DNA of 64,000 nucleotides from an uncultured virus (IMG/VR IMGVR_UViG_3300010885_074529) (IMGVR_UViG_3300010885_074529); one strand, 5' to 3'; counted from the first letter of the stretch, positions 18,901 through 29,500 are shown. Numbers and translations: made by a program. The notes: generated by a model not told the origin, from the letters alone.

Positions 18901-20020
18901 TATGTGGCCAATTTATGATTATGCTCTTTCTATAAAGTTTTTCTCTACAATATTAAATTCAGTGTTTGGTGGGAAAGAAAAAGTTATTCCTATGGTAGAT
19001 GGTGTTATAAACATTTTAAATGAAGTTGGCCTTGTTACGAATAGCATCATTAAAGCTAAAGATGTTTTATCTCAAGCAATGAAAAATGTTAAAGAAGATG
19101 ATATTGAAAAAGTATTTACCAAATTTTCTAATATGATCAGCAAAGGAGTAATAAATCCTATTGAAAACAATTTATCATCAAGCAAGTTAGAAAATGTTTT
19201 AAACGAACTTAGCATGGTATCTTTTATTATTGAAGAAATAGCAAGTTTAATGTCTTCTATAGGGCAAACTATGGGAAACATTAATCCAATAGATTTTAAC
19301 ATTGGGCCAGAGTCGTGGGATCCCATCAAATCAATGGAAGAGAAGATGCTTAAATCAGGCGACAAAGGTTCCTTATCAGCTACTGGACAATCGAGGATTA
19401 TGGGCAGAAGCGAGATGGCTATAAATGCGGCTGAGGAAAAGGCTGAAATTGTTGCTATGGGGGCACTAAAAGACATGATGACTAAGCAAGGCATGGGAGC
19501 AGGTGCCATTAGTGGAATAGAATTTGATGACCCAGAAATAAACCTTGAAAAAGGATTGGTAAAAGTAACAGCAAGATGGTCTGAAGAATCTTCAGAAGCA
19601 GCGAAAAAAGACAAGAAAGCCTTTGATGAATTGGAAGCAAGCAAAGGCGGAGAAGGTAGAAGAAATGTTTCGACTACAAACAACATGACAAATAATGACG
19701 CAAGGCAAGCTATGATGCAAGAAAAAGCATCTATGACTCCTAATAAATCAGAAGTCACATCTCCAGAGCTTGGAGAAATAGTGTCTGAGACTGAAGAGCA
19801 GACCGAGATATTGATGGAAATGCGTGATTTGTTTGAAAAGTTCGTTAGTATGCTACAACCCAAGTCGGAAATATCCTCAAGTACAAGCGGAAATAGTAAT
19901 AGTCCAACTTATAAATCCGGAGTCATGAAGCCAACTAACTATTATAGAAGAGTTACAGGAGGAGTTGCTCAGGCTCCAAGTAGATCTATAGTTAATTTGG
20001 GACCTAAGTCAGTTTCATAA
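12956..20020 (+). CDS. Tail tape measure protein
   Basis: 2354 aa, helical and Ala/Gly-rich, with internal repeats and a large hydrophobic block; lies upstream of the baseplate genes. Confidence 0.85.
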   Translation: MADNIYDNRGRKLDTNMSIGDLKSLIGSLMSQKTGETKPVGNGSDKASNLNSLFEKYVKDHKKEASENATLLKTIVDTLSKMKEARKESKKEKTQDTIGDKFGKALNKRKTSKEEKSSLKAITSLDKTFNTKGSGYTHDIHCEQWLKSIYDVITDMASGNKKNWKTSIDLEKEIEDIAAKKTNAVPAGRSGGGGGGGDASEAEKTAKALNEWMRDNEYEYDVRYESILEIFKTEEELQRIKLRGSKEERARLRNLNKSWEDVKGLVTGIEKNILGLDGSVFTNIFKGALVEETKFIQEARKAAYEIAGVTGESKSLQRQYEAIGETVKLTGADRSEFQKQYLTALKSGVKDQKKAMTLTTTQLNTEKQIGLQAGDLGDTFIEWNNQLRLSDDQTAQIGRGIREVGRNTGLVGEKLRAAVDSSKQFVDQMKKAGRVTASGISNAIGLQAEFQKLGVEEAGSGIQKALSSTTGFYEADDQTKSLLANAASRVGLTGDLINGTIGESNEKIKTLNKGLMETANSLGLGGSNAEEMRKNFENLSDDAKREMNMRFKLAFKMEAGEALNVFEAIENKTKTLAEQLADLNKEKSKNLTLEERATIAEKERGLKLGSSLKVLTALSEASKDADSMPEALAKFGKNKKDLEGDLNALGGDWASNTEAARFAIQSSIDSINEGLRKSGKDELTIDSSRIEKALSDPTALRELTADINKGEQELATAQKAQLDPLTSMDQRIKETNDWLRGISNWLISGSLLGTLGKWFIPFFAGLSLVFGAILAGEKMLLLYFNTLSKVPKQAQEAFTASKQKAQDVYKNLKNWWLKKETDEPATPAPPTPTNSTSPTSNTPAPPASVVDDCCGSLLKINQSILEVLKAIKDCICGSSNLKADEGLKNVGNVTAREAGSDLTPTSVPPVAGAAPAADEALAKSGRKKKPKLSEEEINKRKLAGQSEKERMRAEGIDPAVARSIRRQETKNVKADTALNKIERRSLLTDIKNGKQTTRMIQLQKQYSKDERRIKLRKQKEESAPSAPDTSIFDLDTLMKSGKDMMKAAPAIILLGIGATAIGAAIAFVAKNVLGFLGLDIQTVAETAGSVAILIGGAAAIAAGVSGAAEALEDLGEFAMNAKDNAREIAIGAAALLILSPVMTLLAAGVALLVNGVMSITGIDAAKAADAAWQVAGIIGAAGAIAVGVTLAMAGLAGLGALASAIFSGPQALAALWFLGVGTAALLALTPVVVGLAAAVVWMASSIIKKTFNPTQTKEAVEGVQAIIGGAGSIAWSVLSTLPKLALLGALSGVIWATLPFVYIGAKALLALTPAIVLLGAAIIGLAGIIVKNTYCPCQTKAVVEGTKAIIDGAGSIAWAVLSTLPKLMLLGALAPVISTAVPLMLTGAAALLVLTPAILLLGAAILGMAGLILKNSYCPCETKAIVGGVQALIDGAGSIALSVIAAVPKFMLLGGLAASVWYVLPLLGIAAVALLALTPAILLLGAAILGMAGMILKNSYCPCETKAIVGGVQALIDGAGSIALSVIAAVPKFMLLGGLAASVWYVLPLLGIAAVALLALTPAIMGLGTAIIGMASWILKQTFDPSETEDIIKGVQTIIDGASSIALSIIFAVPKFLLLGAMAASTWLAIPFIWLGVYALSAISKPIVGFVAAVKQFYEDVRFVDPEDAGKMAKEVGEVISSTANVANQILSAKKGMMSLAGADWGFFKSPVTQMEEGAKSLEALMAPVVKFIGSIKKFYNDVATTINPEEAVKMGHGVSDILCGVVSVVNSILEVKAGLMNMQGVSSKGGWGWTSTVDQMNAGAESLKVLEVPVKNFIEQIRNFYNEVSKIIPPEAAKKMGTGISDILGAVVSVVNGIFSVKTGLINAQGASSGGGMCVWCDDAATQMRAGAAALKVLEKPVEEFIQQIKSFHDKIIVIIPPETAKKIGENVSAIFNAVADVTCNIMKAKENLTAILDSGGGSTKKLKSQMKDGTDALNAIMWPIYDYALSIKFFSTILNSVFGGKEKVIPMVDGVINILNEVGLVTNSIIKAKDVLSQAMKNVKEDDIEKVFTKFSNMISKGVINPIENNLSSSKLENVLNELSMVSFIIEEIASLMSSIGQTMGNINPIDFNIGPESWDPIKSMEEKMLKSGDKGSLSATGQSRIMGRSEMAINAAEEKAEIVAMGALKDMMTKQGMGAGAISGIEFDDPEINLEKGLVKVTARWSEESSEAAKKDKKAFDELEASKGGEGRRNVSTTNNMTNNDARQAMMQEKASMTPNKSEVTSPELGEIVSETEEQTEILMEMRDLFEKFVSMLQPKSEISSSTSGNSNSPTYKSGVMKPTNYYRRVTGGVAQAPSRSIVNLGPKSVS
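17135..17645 (+). repeat. Near-identical 249-bp (83-codon) tandem duplication inside the tape measure gene
   Basis: gaactcttattgccc.tgtgaaac occurs at 17197 and 17446; the translated unit KNSYCPCETKAIVGGVQALIDGAGSIAL repeats. Confidence 0.9.
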
Positions 20021-20034
20021 TAAAGGGATAAAAT

Positions 20035-20622
20035 ATGGCAAAAGCAACTGGTCCTAAAGGTAGATTAAATGTAATTGATAACTGCTTTATTTTTGTTCAA
20101 GGTGCAGGCAGAATAGGAGCAGGTCCGGAAAAAGGAAAACTAGACGATTCAGGTAAAACTATAAAAATGAATATAGTTCCTGATATAAGCGATTCAAAAT
20201 CTGCGTCGTATCAGGCAGAAAATGGTATAGGTCGAGCTGCTCCATTTACTGTGTTTGCTCATTCAGAGTTAAGAACTATTAATTGGACATGCCACTTTGT
20301 ACTGCATGCCAATGAAGCAGCTAATGCCGTTAGTAGTGCATCAGACTTAATTGATGCAATAAGAACATTTCAATCAGCATTGTACCCTACAACTTCTGAC
20401 GGTAAGCCGCCTCCGATTTGCAAACTACGCTGTGGCAGTTTGCTTGGGGAAGAAGATGTCTGTGCTGTTTTGAAAAGCTACAATGTTAAATACGATACAA
20501 CTGTGCCTTGGGACCCTATTACTCTAATTCCTTACAAAGTAGATATAGATCTAACTTTTGATGTAATTTACGATCAAAGCAACTTGCCCATTCAGAGTAA
20601 AATTTTACAATTTGGATATTAA
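20035..20622 (+). CDS. Baseplate tail-tube initiator-like protein
   Basis: Position after the tape measure; PDISDSK, GR..P, PPICKL..G and DIDLTF. Confidence 0.65.
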   Translation: MAKATGPKGRLNVIDNCFIFVQGAGRIGAGPEKGKLDDSGKTIKMNIVPDISDSKSASYQAENGIGRAAPFTVFAHSELRTINWTCHFVLHANEAANAVSSASDLIDAIRTFQSALYPTTSDGKPPPICKLRCGSLLGEEDVCAVLKSYNVKYDTTVPWDPITLIPYKVDIDLTFDVIYDQSNLPIQSKILQFGY

Positions 20623-20624
20623 AC

Positions 20625-20951
20625 ATGGCTAATTATACGCAACCAACAACAATAGACGCAAGTAGATTTGTAAAAGTCTCAAGTCGATATTCAGGCTCTT
20701 CAGTCGTTTATTATACTGAAAACAAACTACTCACTTTCAACACATATAAAAAATCAAAATACCCAAAGACTGCAAATGATAAATATTATGTAGTAACATC
20801 TGGCACAGAGTATAGACCCGACTTAGTTTCTTTAGGGGCATATGGAACTGTAGATTTTTGGTGGAGAATAATGGAAGCAAATAATATAAAAGATATATTT
20901 GATTTTAAAGCAGGATTAAATTTAGTTATACCTAATGCGATATTGAGGTAA
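20625..20951 (+). CDS. Baseplate wedge subunit, gp53/LysM-like
   Basis: RPDLVS..AYGT..FWWRIMEANNI...G..L.IP. Confidence 0.85.
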   Translation: MANYTQPTTIDASRFVKVSSRYSGSSVVYYTENKLLTFNTYKKSKYPKTANDKYYVVTSGTEYRPDLVSLGAYGTVDFWWRIMEANNIKDIFDFKAGLNLVIPNAILR

Positions 20952-20952
20952 T

Positions 20953-22446
20953 ATGTTAGATTGCATAAAAGATTATCAAACTGGAGAAATAATAACCCCA
21001 AAACCAGGATCCGTATTTACTCCTTACGTAAGGTTGGCAGTGGCAGGGGAAAATATTTTGCTCACAGGAAACGATTCGTCTCCTATATCTCCCATAAACA
21101 GAGCTGTTATAACGTCTTTGCAATACGGAACTTCAGCAGGCACAGGAGCTTGTGGAGCAAAAATAGAAATAACAGACGAAGGAGGCGTGGTGTATAGAAA
21201 AATATTTCACGCACTAAACAAAACAATAAATAATGATCCATCCGAAAACGCAAAAGATAAATGCAAGTTGACTTTTGGTTGGGTGGTTAGTTCTTGCGAT
21301 GGAACAAAAGAAATGATAGTTAATGACACCAAAACTTGGAGAGAAGGTGGAGGACAAGTAGCTCTTCAGATAATGAGTATGACCACAACATTCGAAGGAA
21401 ATTTGATTAAATTTATTATTGAGGCGACAGATCTTTTTGTTAATTCTTCCAACACTAGACTAGAAAAAAACATAGGAACAGAAGACGGCACTGTAGATTT
21501 GAAAACTGCGATCAGACAAACTTTTACAGAAAAATCTCCTAAATTTTCAAAAGTGGATTTTCTTAACGCTGCCATGGATGAAAAAAAAGAATTTGATTTT
21601 ACTAACAAAGATGGAGGGAAAAGAGGATACAAATCCGTGCACACTTTAGACCAAGAAAGCAATATATCTTGCACAAGAAAATGGCTAAACCAGACAGAAA
21701 CAGCCGGTGGGAAAGGCTGTCTTATAATGTATAATCCACACGATTGTAGTTGCGTAATTTTAGAAGATCCGGCAGAAAACGCAAAATCTCTGGGCACATA
21801 TGTTGTCAACGGTGGAAATAACTCTCCAGTTATATCATTCAATCCCACTTTGAAATGGTTTATGGGATCAAATGCAGGCAAAGGAGGTGCAAGCAGCGGA
21901 AGCTCATCTGGAGATTGTGGGATCAAGCCAGTTGGCGAGAACGATAAAGATAAAAAAACTGGAATAGAACCTGCTGGTGGGCAAACAGCTCTTGGTAATC
22001 CACAAAGTGGTAAGTTGTGGAGAGACAACAATGAAGCTACAGAAAGGGGCAATGAGACTCACACTAAAAATTATGATGCTAACAAAGTTTATGAAGTAGC
22101 AGATACTATTTCAGCAGAATTAAAAATTTTTGGTAACCCTCATCTTGTTAACCCTCTTTTTTTAACAGCAAAATTTATTTCTATAGTTGTTATTAATCCA
22201 TATTACGTAAATGAATGCACATGGATAAGCGAATCTAATTGTAATTCTATTTTGAGCAACAAAAATTGGATTGTTTTAGGTGCAGATCACCAAATTACTT
22301 CTGGTCAGTATGTTACTACATTAAAGGTGAGTTTGCCTGCTCCAGGCATCAATGTTGGAAAGGACGAACCTATAGGAGGAACAGGGTCCAATGGTGAAGT
22401 GGTAACTGGAGAGACTTGGGATGGCCGACATGCAGAAACATTTTAA
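20953..22446 (+). CDS. Baseplate hub protein (gp27/gpD-like)
   Basis: Lies between gp53-like and spike genes; C-terminal AELKIFGNP...W.V.G.DH.I..G.Y.TTL. Confidence 0.65.
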   Translation: MLDCIKDYQTGEIITPKPGSVFTPYVRLAVAGENILLTGNDSSPISPINRAVITSLQYGTSAGTGACGAKIEITDEGGVVYRKIFHALNKTINNDPSENAKDKCKLTFGWVVSSCDGTKEMIVNDTKTWREGGGQVALQIMSMTTTFEGNLIKFIIEATDLFVNSSNTRLEKNIGTEDGTVDLKTAIRQTFTEKSPKFSKVDFLNAAMDEKKEFDFTNKDGGKRGYKSVHTLDQESNISCTRKWLNQTETAGGKGCLIMYNPHDCSCVILEDPAENAKSLGTYVVNGGNNSPVISFNPTLKWFMGSNAGKGGASSGSSSGDCGIKPVGENDKDKKTGIEPAGGQTALGNPQSGKLWRDNNEATERGNETHTKNYDANKVYEVADTISAELKIFGNPHLVNPLFLTAKFISIVVINPYYVNECTWISESNCNSILSNKNWIVLGADHQITSGQYVTTLKVSLPAPGINVGKDEPIGGTGSNGEVVTGETWDGRHAETF

Positions 22447-22461
22447 ATAATTTGGGGAAAA

Positions 22462-24606
22462 ATGGCATTAATCAATAGCGATGAATTAGAAACACTAAAA
22501 ACAAAAGTATTATCATTAGAACGTAGGTTGGGAAATATAGATTATGATGTAAAAGGCGTAGTTAAATCAGAATTGACCGCCAGTGCAACAATTCTTGATC
22601 AAGCACAAGCACAATTTGGAGTTTACTCAGCACTTTGTTTGGAAACCATAGATGTTTGGAAGCAAAACAGAGTAAGATGGTTTTCTCCTATTTTCCATAA
22701 TCCAAAAAGACCAATCAAAGAGTTTCCTTGGGCAAATCCTATATCTTCTATGGGAGGATTTGATGACTCCGGTCTTTGTTGGGTACCTCCTGCGGGAAGC
22801 AAACTTATTATAACATTCGAAGGAGGAGACCGCACTGTTCCCTATTATATAGGCACTACTTGGGATCGAAATAGGGGACCAACGGGTAAAAGAAGATGGG
22901 GAACGTCTGTGGAAGAGTTTGAAAGAGTCTCTAGTGGCCATAGAGGAGGTTATTTAGTAGGCCCTAATGATGAATCTCAAGTATTTCCACCATGGAACAC
23001 AGAAAACTATAATGGGTTCGACTTATCTTCTATATCTGATTTTGCCGAAAATCCAGAAGCACAAAAACTTATAACTTATCCAAACATATATGGATTTAAG
23101 ACGCCAGAAAAGCATATGATAAAGATGGTGGATGGCGATCCCAAGTGCAATAGAAAGTGGAAAAGATTTGAAATAATGTCCAGTTGTGGAAACTGGATCA
23201 TGTTAAAAGATGATCATTTGCATTATGCTGGTCAGTGGGCACATCCTGATTGTGGTGTAAAGTCAGGAGAAACTAGTTGTATTGATGGAGCTAGCAACCA
23301 ATCACAGGCAGATGTTATAAGGGGTGGTTTTTCGGCTGGCGCGGTTTCTCCTCCAGATCCTAACACGACAGATTTAAGTCCGAAATATGGGAACAAAAAA
23401 GAAACAACAACATCTTGCGACGGAAAAACAAGCAGCAATAAAATTATTGGAGGACATCCTGATACTGGTCACCCTTCTACTAAGTATGTGGGAACACAGG
23501 TAGGCTCTAACCCTTACTTTAAACATAGTCAAGAGTGTAGACCTTATAAAGGACCCGGAACTCCACAAAATCCTGTTGTAGAATTGCCACAATCGGGAAT
23601 TCAATTTATGTCTATTTCCGGTCATACTTTTGTAATGGATGATTCTGTTGAGGAACCTTTTGGAAATCCAGAATGGGACAGATCTACAAAAGAATTTGAT
23701 TTTGGATGTAACAACCATTATGTAGGTCGTACTTATTGGCAATCTGCTACTGGTCATAGAATAGAGATGAGCGATGTCGAAAGCCCCGTGGGCGAAGAGG
23801 GAGCGGCTCTGCGGGGAAAAGAAAACTATATCAAAATACTAAGTGCCGGTGGCAACAAGATAGAGCTAAATGATCATACAGTATCCAAAAAAGATTGTGA
23901 AGGTTGTCCTCCAAACATAGCAGGAGAACAAAGAGGAATACACTTACAATCAACAAGCAATCACACAATTGATATGGTTGATGATACAAACGAACAATGC
24001 GGTCCTTGTAGAAAAGATGGTGGAACACCAACCGCAAAATCCAAAAAAGCATTTGTCAGAATTAGAACCGGCTACGGACTTGAGATGAAGTTTAGTGACG
24101 ATTCCGATCAAACAGAAACACAACAACAATCCATACAAATTTTTTGTCCACAAAAAGACAATAAAGAACGTGGACCACATATTCATCGCTATCAAGAAGC
24201 GCCAAGTGGTCCAGGACTAGTATTTTTGCGAGTTGGTGGCAACTATGTTGTTAGTACATATGACAATCAGATATCTATTATTGGAGAACCAGAGAAAAAT
24301 CCATCAGATAAAATTGAAATAATAAGCAAAATCAAACTAGTTTACACGAAAGATATGTATATAAATATAACAGAAAAATTACATTTATTTTACGCTAAAG
24401 AGAAAATACTACTATTGGCAGGAGAAGACTGCTCAGAGGGTGGTTGTTGTGGAGAAGAGACTCCCTGCTTTGGAGCTGTTCTAGTGTATGATTACTGTAG
24501 TGGATGTGTAAGAATAAGCGACAGAGTATTCGCCAGTACTAGCGGCAAAGCACAAGTAGCATCCATTTTCATGTTGAAGCCTTTAACCAAATGCAAGGAT
24601 TGTTAA
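22462..24606 (+). CDS. Baseplate central spike (gp5/VgrG-like OB-fold), Cys-rich
   Basis: RVR...PWA.P...G...VPPAGS.L.I.FEGGD...PY.IG; repeated SGH.(F/I).M.D strands. Confidence 0.85.
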   Translation: MALINSDELETLKTKVLSLERRLGNIDYDVKGVVKSELTASATILDQAQAQFGVYSALCLETIDVWKQNRVRWFSPIFHNPKRPIKEFPWANPISSMGGFDDSGLCWVPPAGSKLIITFEGGDRTVPYYIGTTWDRNRGPTGKRRWGTSVEEFERVSSGHRGGYLVGPNDESQVFPPWNTENYNGFDLSSISDFAENPEAQKLITYPNIYGFKTPEKHMIKMVDGDPKCNRKWKRFEIMSSCGNWIMLKDDHLHYAGQWAHPDCGVKSGETSCIDGASNQSQADVIRGGFSAGAVSPPDPNTTDLSPKYGNKKETTTSCDGKTSSNKIIGGHPDTGHPSTKYVGTQVGSNPYFKHSQECRPYKGPGTPQNPVVELPQSGIQFMSISGHTFVMDDSVEEPFGNPEWDRSTKEFDFGCNNHYVGRTYWQSATGHRIEMSDVESPVGEEGAALRGKENYIKILSAGGNKIELNDHTVSKKDCEGCPPNIAGEQRGIHLQSTSNHTIDMVDDTNEQCGPCRKDGGTPTAKSKKAFVRIRTGYGLEMKFSDDSDQTETQQQSIQIFCPQKDNKERGPHIHRYQEAPSGPGLVFLRVGGNYVVSTYDNQISIIGEPEKNPSDKIEIISKIKLVYTKDMYINITEKLHLFYAKEKILLLAGEDCSEGGCCGEETPCFGAVLVYDYCSGCVRISDRVFASTSGKAQVASIFMLKPLTKCKDC

Positions 24607-25034
24607 TGACAAGATTTTTAGGATTTCCATATCCAATAGAAAAAACAAATAGAGGATATTTCTATTCTCAGGGAGAAATAGACCAGATAAAGTCAGATAT
24701 GTTGATTTTATTGTTAACAAATCCGGGAGAAAGAGTAATGAATCCAGACTATGGAACTCCATTGAAAAAGTATATTTTCGAGCCAAATGATGTAGTATCA
24801 AGAAATCAAGTCAGACAAGAAATCATAAGGTCTATAACAAAATGGGAACCAAGAGTCTCTATTAGTCAGGTAGAAGTATTAACTAAGGCTGATGAAAATT
24901 CGCTAAATACATTTGATGATAGAAAAGAAGAAGATAGTATCTTATTTGTTAGAATATTGTTTATCGATCCTCAAAATATACAAGAGATTCAAGAACTAGT
25001 TTTAGAACTACCCTTAGCTGGAGCAGGTGCTTAA
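24606..25034 (+). CDS. Baseplate wedge gp25 (gpW/gp25 family)
   Basis: LLLTNPGERVMNPDYGT...IFEP...WEPRV. Confidence 0.92.
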   Translation: MTRFLGFPYPIEKTNRGYFYSQGEIDQIKSDMLILLLTNPGERVMNPDYGTPLKKYIFEPNDVVSRNQVRQEIIRSITKWEPRVSISQVEVLTKADENSLNTFDDRKEEDSILFVRILFIDPQNIQEIQELVLELPLAGAGA

Positions 25035-26587
25035 TGATAAATAACTGTCCTTTTGATGTAACTCCATATTCTCAATCAAATAATATAGTTACTCCAAATA
25101 TATTTAATTTAAATTATACAAATCAAGACTACTGGTCTATGAAGACTAGGCTTATTAATTTTATCAAACAAAACTTTGATAAAGACTTTGCCGACTTTGT
25201 GGAGTCATCATTGGGAATAATGCTAATTGAAAACTGGGCTTTTATAGCTGATACGTTGAGCTTTAAAATGGATCAAATAGCTAATGAAGTTTTCATAGAC
25301 ACAGTTACAGAATTAGAAAATGCATTTAGACTTGCAAAACTAGTAGGATTCAATCCTCAACCACCTATAGCATCTAGTTCTTTGTGGACAGCAACTTTGA
25401 ATAATCCTGTATTATCAGATTTGGTGATTCCTGCTCCTTTTGGGCTTTCTGTGGGTATAGGAACAGCAAACCTACAGATAGAATTGTATCCAGCAGATTC
25501 TCATAACAATCCAATATTAGATCAAGATATAATCATTCCTGCTGGCAGCGTTGTTAATGCTAGCATAGTTGGACTAGAAGGTTCTACAAGAACCCAACCA
25601 GCCACAGGTACTGGTGCTGTAGCACAAAGTATTACTCTCCCACAATTCCCTGTAATATATGATTCCGTGAGAGTTAGAGTGGACGGCGTCACATGGGATG
25701 TAGTTGATTATTTCACAGACTCGCAACCCAGAAGAGAATGTAGGGTAGAATTTGATTCTTTATATAAAGCCTATGTAATATTTGGCAATAGTAGAGCTGG
25801 CATGATTCCTTCGAACGGAAGTGCTATAGACATTACCTATAGAATAGGTGGCGGTGCTATAGGTAATGTAGTGAGTAACACAATCACAAAGCAAACAGTA
25901 ATATCAGTAAACAGTATCGAATATCCAATTCCCGTTTCTTTTTCAAACTATACAAAAGGACAGTATGGATATGATGGAGATACTATAGAAGACATTAGAA
26001 ATAAGCTACCAGGCTGGATAAGAACTCAACAAAGAGCAGTTACTGGTTTGGATTACAAGACAATAGCAGATCAGTTTGTAACCCCTTATCAAGGAAAAAT
26101 AGGCAAATCTACTGTTGCTTTAAGGAATTATGGTTGTTCTGGGAATATAATTGATCTTTATGTTTTGGCACAAGAAGGCACAGACGGCCTTTCTGAGGCG
26201 AGCGACGAACTAAAGGTTGAATTAGAAAGTCATATAAACAATGTTAAAATGCTTACTGATTTCGTTTGTATTAAGAATGGGGTTGTAATAAGCGTAGATG
26301 TTTCTATCGATGTAGTTTTAGATAGATTTTATAGAAAATTTGAAAACGAATTAAAAACAAAAATACAAAATAGAATCTCACAGTTCTTTTCTTTGCCAAA
26401 ATGGGACTACAATCAAGATTTGAAAGACAATAATCTTTTGAAGTCCGTCTCAGATTTAAAAGAAATAAAAAGAACAGATATAACTTTTACTACTAACGAC
26501 CCTAAAAATGGTGGCAGCAGCGTAACGACAAAGTATTATGAAATAATCAGACCGGATGTAATAGACATAAGTTTTACTTACGAATGA
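25034..26587 (+). CDS. Baseplate wedge gp6 / baseplate J-like
   Basis: DF.ESSLG..LIE..AF..D.LSF..D..ANE.F; FGN...G.IP; RAVT..DY. Confidence 0.88.
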   Translation: MINNCPFDVTPYSQSNNIVTPNIFNLNYTNQDYWSMKTRLINFIKQNFDKDFADFVESSLGIMLIENWAFIADTLSFKMDQIANEVFIDTVTELENAFRLAKLVGFNPQPPIASSSLWTATLNNPVLSDLVIPAPFGLSVGIGTANLQIELYPADSHNNPILDQDIIIPAGSVVNASIVGLEGSTRTQPATGTGAVAQSITLPQFPVIYDSVRVRVDGVTWDVVDYFTDSQPRRECRVEFDSLYKAYVIFGNSRAGMIPSNGSAIDITYRIGGGAIGNVVSNTITKQTVISVNSIEYPIPVSFSNYTKGQYGYDGDTIEDIRNKLPGWIRTQQRAVTGLDYKTIADQFVTPYQGKIGKSTVALRNYGCSGNIIDLYVLAQEGTDGLSEASDELKVELESHINNVKMLTDFVCIKNGVVISVDVSIDVVLDRFYRKFENELKTKIQNRISQFFSLPKWDYNQDLKDNNLLKSVSDLKEIKRTDITFTTNDPKNGGSSVTTKYYEIIRPDVIDISFTYE

Positions 26588-26594
26588 GGATCTC

Positions 26595-29500
26595 TTGGCT
26601 ACATTAACCATAAATGACAACCCATCTATCAGCGATACTATTGTTTTCGACATAGAAACTCCAGATGTTAACAATTGTTTTCTATCCGACCCTTACAAGG
26701 TAGATAAGATTACTATTTACTTTGTAGCAAGAGACTTTGCGAGTGGAAATACAAATCAATATGAAAATGTTGATTATGACACCCAGAAACTAAAAACAGC
26801 AGAAGAATCAGAAGCTGTTGCATGTGTTTCACCTACAGAAGCCAATATATCAGCAGCTAAAAAAGCAAGACAAATAGCAGATGATAGCCGTAATATAAAT
26901 ACCTTTTTTTACAAAGAGGCTATTCCAGTCCATATTATAGGCAGCGAGGAGTACCCAGCTTGGTTGTCAACAGATACAAACAACTCTTTTATAGACCATA
27001 CAACTGTTGATTCTAATGGCGATCCAATATACGGTCGTTTTACATATACTTGGAATCCTATGGGCATGAGAGAAGGAGATTACTTTATTTGTTGGTCATG
27101 GACTTCTATAGAAGCCACCTCAAGTGTATCTTCTCACAAAAGATTTAGTTTGTCTGGAGATACTCAGACAACAACAAGTATACCTACACATTATACTAAT
27201 CCTAAAAAGTATATGACTTTACTAGAACGATATTTGCCCGAGATGTTTAAAGCTTTGATAACTCCTAGCGATGTTACACCGGATGTTTTAAACAGAATGA
27301 ATATCTCTTTATCTAAAGGATTTAATGTACTAGAAGATTTAGCGAACCAGATAGTTGACTTGCAAGATGCTAATTCTGTTCACGAGTTTTTAATCCCATA
27401 TTTATCTAATTTTTTTGGATTAAAATTAAAAACAGATGACCCTACAAAATGGAGAGGGCAAATAAAACGTGCAATTCCATTGTACAAGAAAAAAGGAACA
27501 TTAAATGGACTTTATGAAGCATTGGAACATGGGGGAGCAACACTAAACAAAATAAGCCAACTATGGCAGGTCGTTTCTTCGTATACTTGGCAAGAATCAT
27601 TTTTTTATGATGGACAAGAAACTAGTTTCACTTTGTCGAAATTATTGACAACCAAAGAATCTAATTTTGGATTATGGGTAAGAAAAGAAAATAGTCCAAA
27701 CTGGGTAGAGCTTGATAAAAATTATGTCGAGTTCAATAGTGTAGATGGAGTTACAACTATGATATGGATAGGTGATAGTTTACATGATAGTTTGCTAAAC
27801 AGTCCACTTGCAACAAATGATGAGATTAGAGTTTTATACAAATATCAAGAAATTCCTAACGACCAAGTAGAAATAGAAAGTTATATAGAAAGCTTACCTT
27901 TATTAGATACCAGAGACGAAACAAAACAAGTGTATCCTCCAAAAAACTGGAACGTGCGTGTGATCGCTATGGATGATGCGATGTTTGATGTAATAATTCC
28001 AAGCAGGCATCCTTTTCACGAAGATATAATTTATGGACAAATAAGAACAGAATTTCCATATGGCGAAAATGTTTATCATATGGACGAATATAACGGCAGC
28101 TTAAGAAACTCAAAAAATCCTTGCGATATAGATAAAAACTTTATAGACCCCTGTGGGGCCTGTGTAAGTAGCAGCTACAATGTTGATTTAGAAATAGAAC
28201 AAATATCAAATGATAAGATATTAGAAGTAAAAGAAATAATAAGAGAGAACACACCTTTTCACGCTGTGTTGCACACGCTAAATGTGATGGGTGGATTTAA
28301 TGAATTTGTTGAGTCTCCAATAGAAAACGTAGAGATGTTAACCAACTACTATGTTAGAGACTTTGTTTTAGCCGGTACTGCTCAGCCTTATTTTCACAGA
28401 ATAATGTTAGACGTAGAAAACGAAGGAATAAAAAGAAATGAGCTAGCTACTTCGAGTTTAATAGAAACATATGAAGGCACTGCGTATAACGACAACATTG
28501 TTGTATTTTGCCCTACCGTTCCGCTAGCTACTTCGGGCGTTACAAGCGGCGATTCTTTTATTGATATAAAAAGCCCTAGTGCTAATGCAGGCGAGTATGA
28601 TGTCGAAGCTTTAGACAGCAATACATTAGCTTTAGTGGACACTATCACAGAACCTATAGGAAATATAGACTCTATATTTGATGGCTCAGCTTTAAATTCT
28701 AGTGCTTTTGTTTTCGACTTAAATACTAAAGTTTATCCGATAAGTGGCACTTTATGCAACATTTATCAGGACAACACATACAGAATTTACGATTCTGGTC
28801 ATGATTTTTTCTCTATGAACATAAAAACCAAAAAAGACGTAGGTAGCGGTAATTGGACAGTGTCAATAGACGGACAAGAATATGATTTAATAGATATACT
28901 TCCTGACGGTGGCATGTTGTTAAACTACGATTCTAGTTTGCCTTCATCTAATCAAAATGAAATTTCATACATTTTAAAAGATGGTTTTACACAAATAATT
29001 TCTTCTATAGGCTCGTTAAAAGTCAATTTAAGAGGTCGAGTCGAAGCCTTAGGAGCCAATGTGACTCCGGTTTCTTCTATATTCTCAAGAAAGCAATGTT
29101 ATCAAAAAATTGGAAGTATTGAATATCTTGCAACGGGAATAGTGAAAGACACAGTAGACCAATATTATATTGAAGGGTACGACCAAGGAGGCAGCAACGG
29201 AGTTACTGTTGATCTGCGAGAAAAAATTGAAAAAAACAAAGTAGGATATTTAAGCTATCGTGGGCTTAAACTAGAAATAAGTGGCAACCTTGAAACAGAA
29301 TTGGAAATTCAAAATGGCGTAAATTCTAGCAATAATCCTGTAGATAATGATAATTATAAAGAAAATTTTATTTTATCAATAAAAGAACAAGGGTCATCAG
29401 AAGACCCTATTTTCTATTGGATTTATGATATAGATGGAAACAATCCATCGGGATTTACTACTATGACATTGTCTGGAGCTACTCAATACTGGACTACGGC

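Noticed and set aside
13135..19863. Long antisense ORFs within the tape measure gene (e.g. 15853-16716, 19072-19863)
   Set aside because: Shadow frames caused by codon bias of the sense gene; no recognisable motifs.
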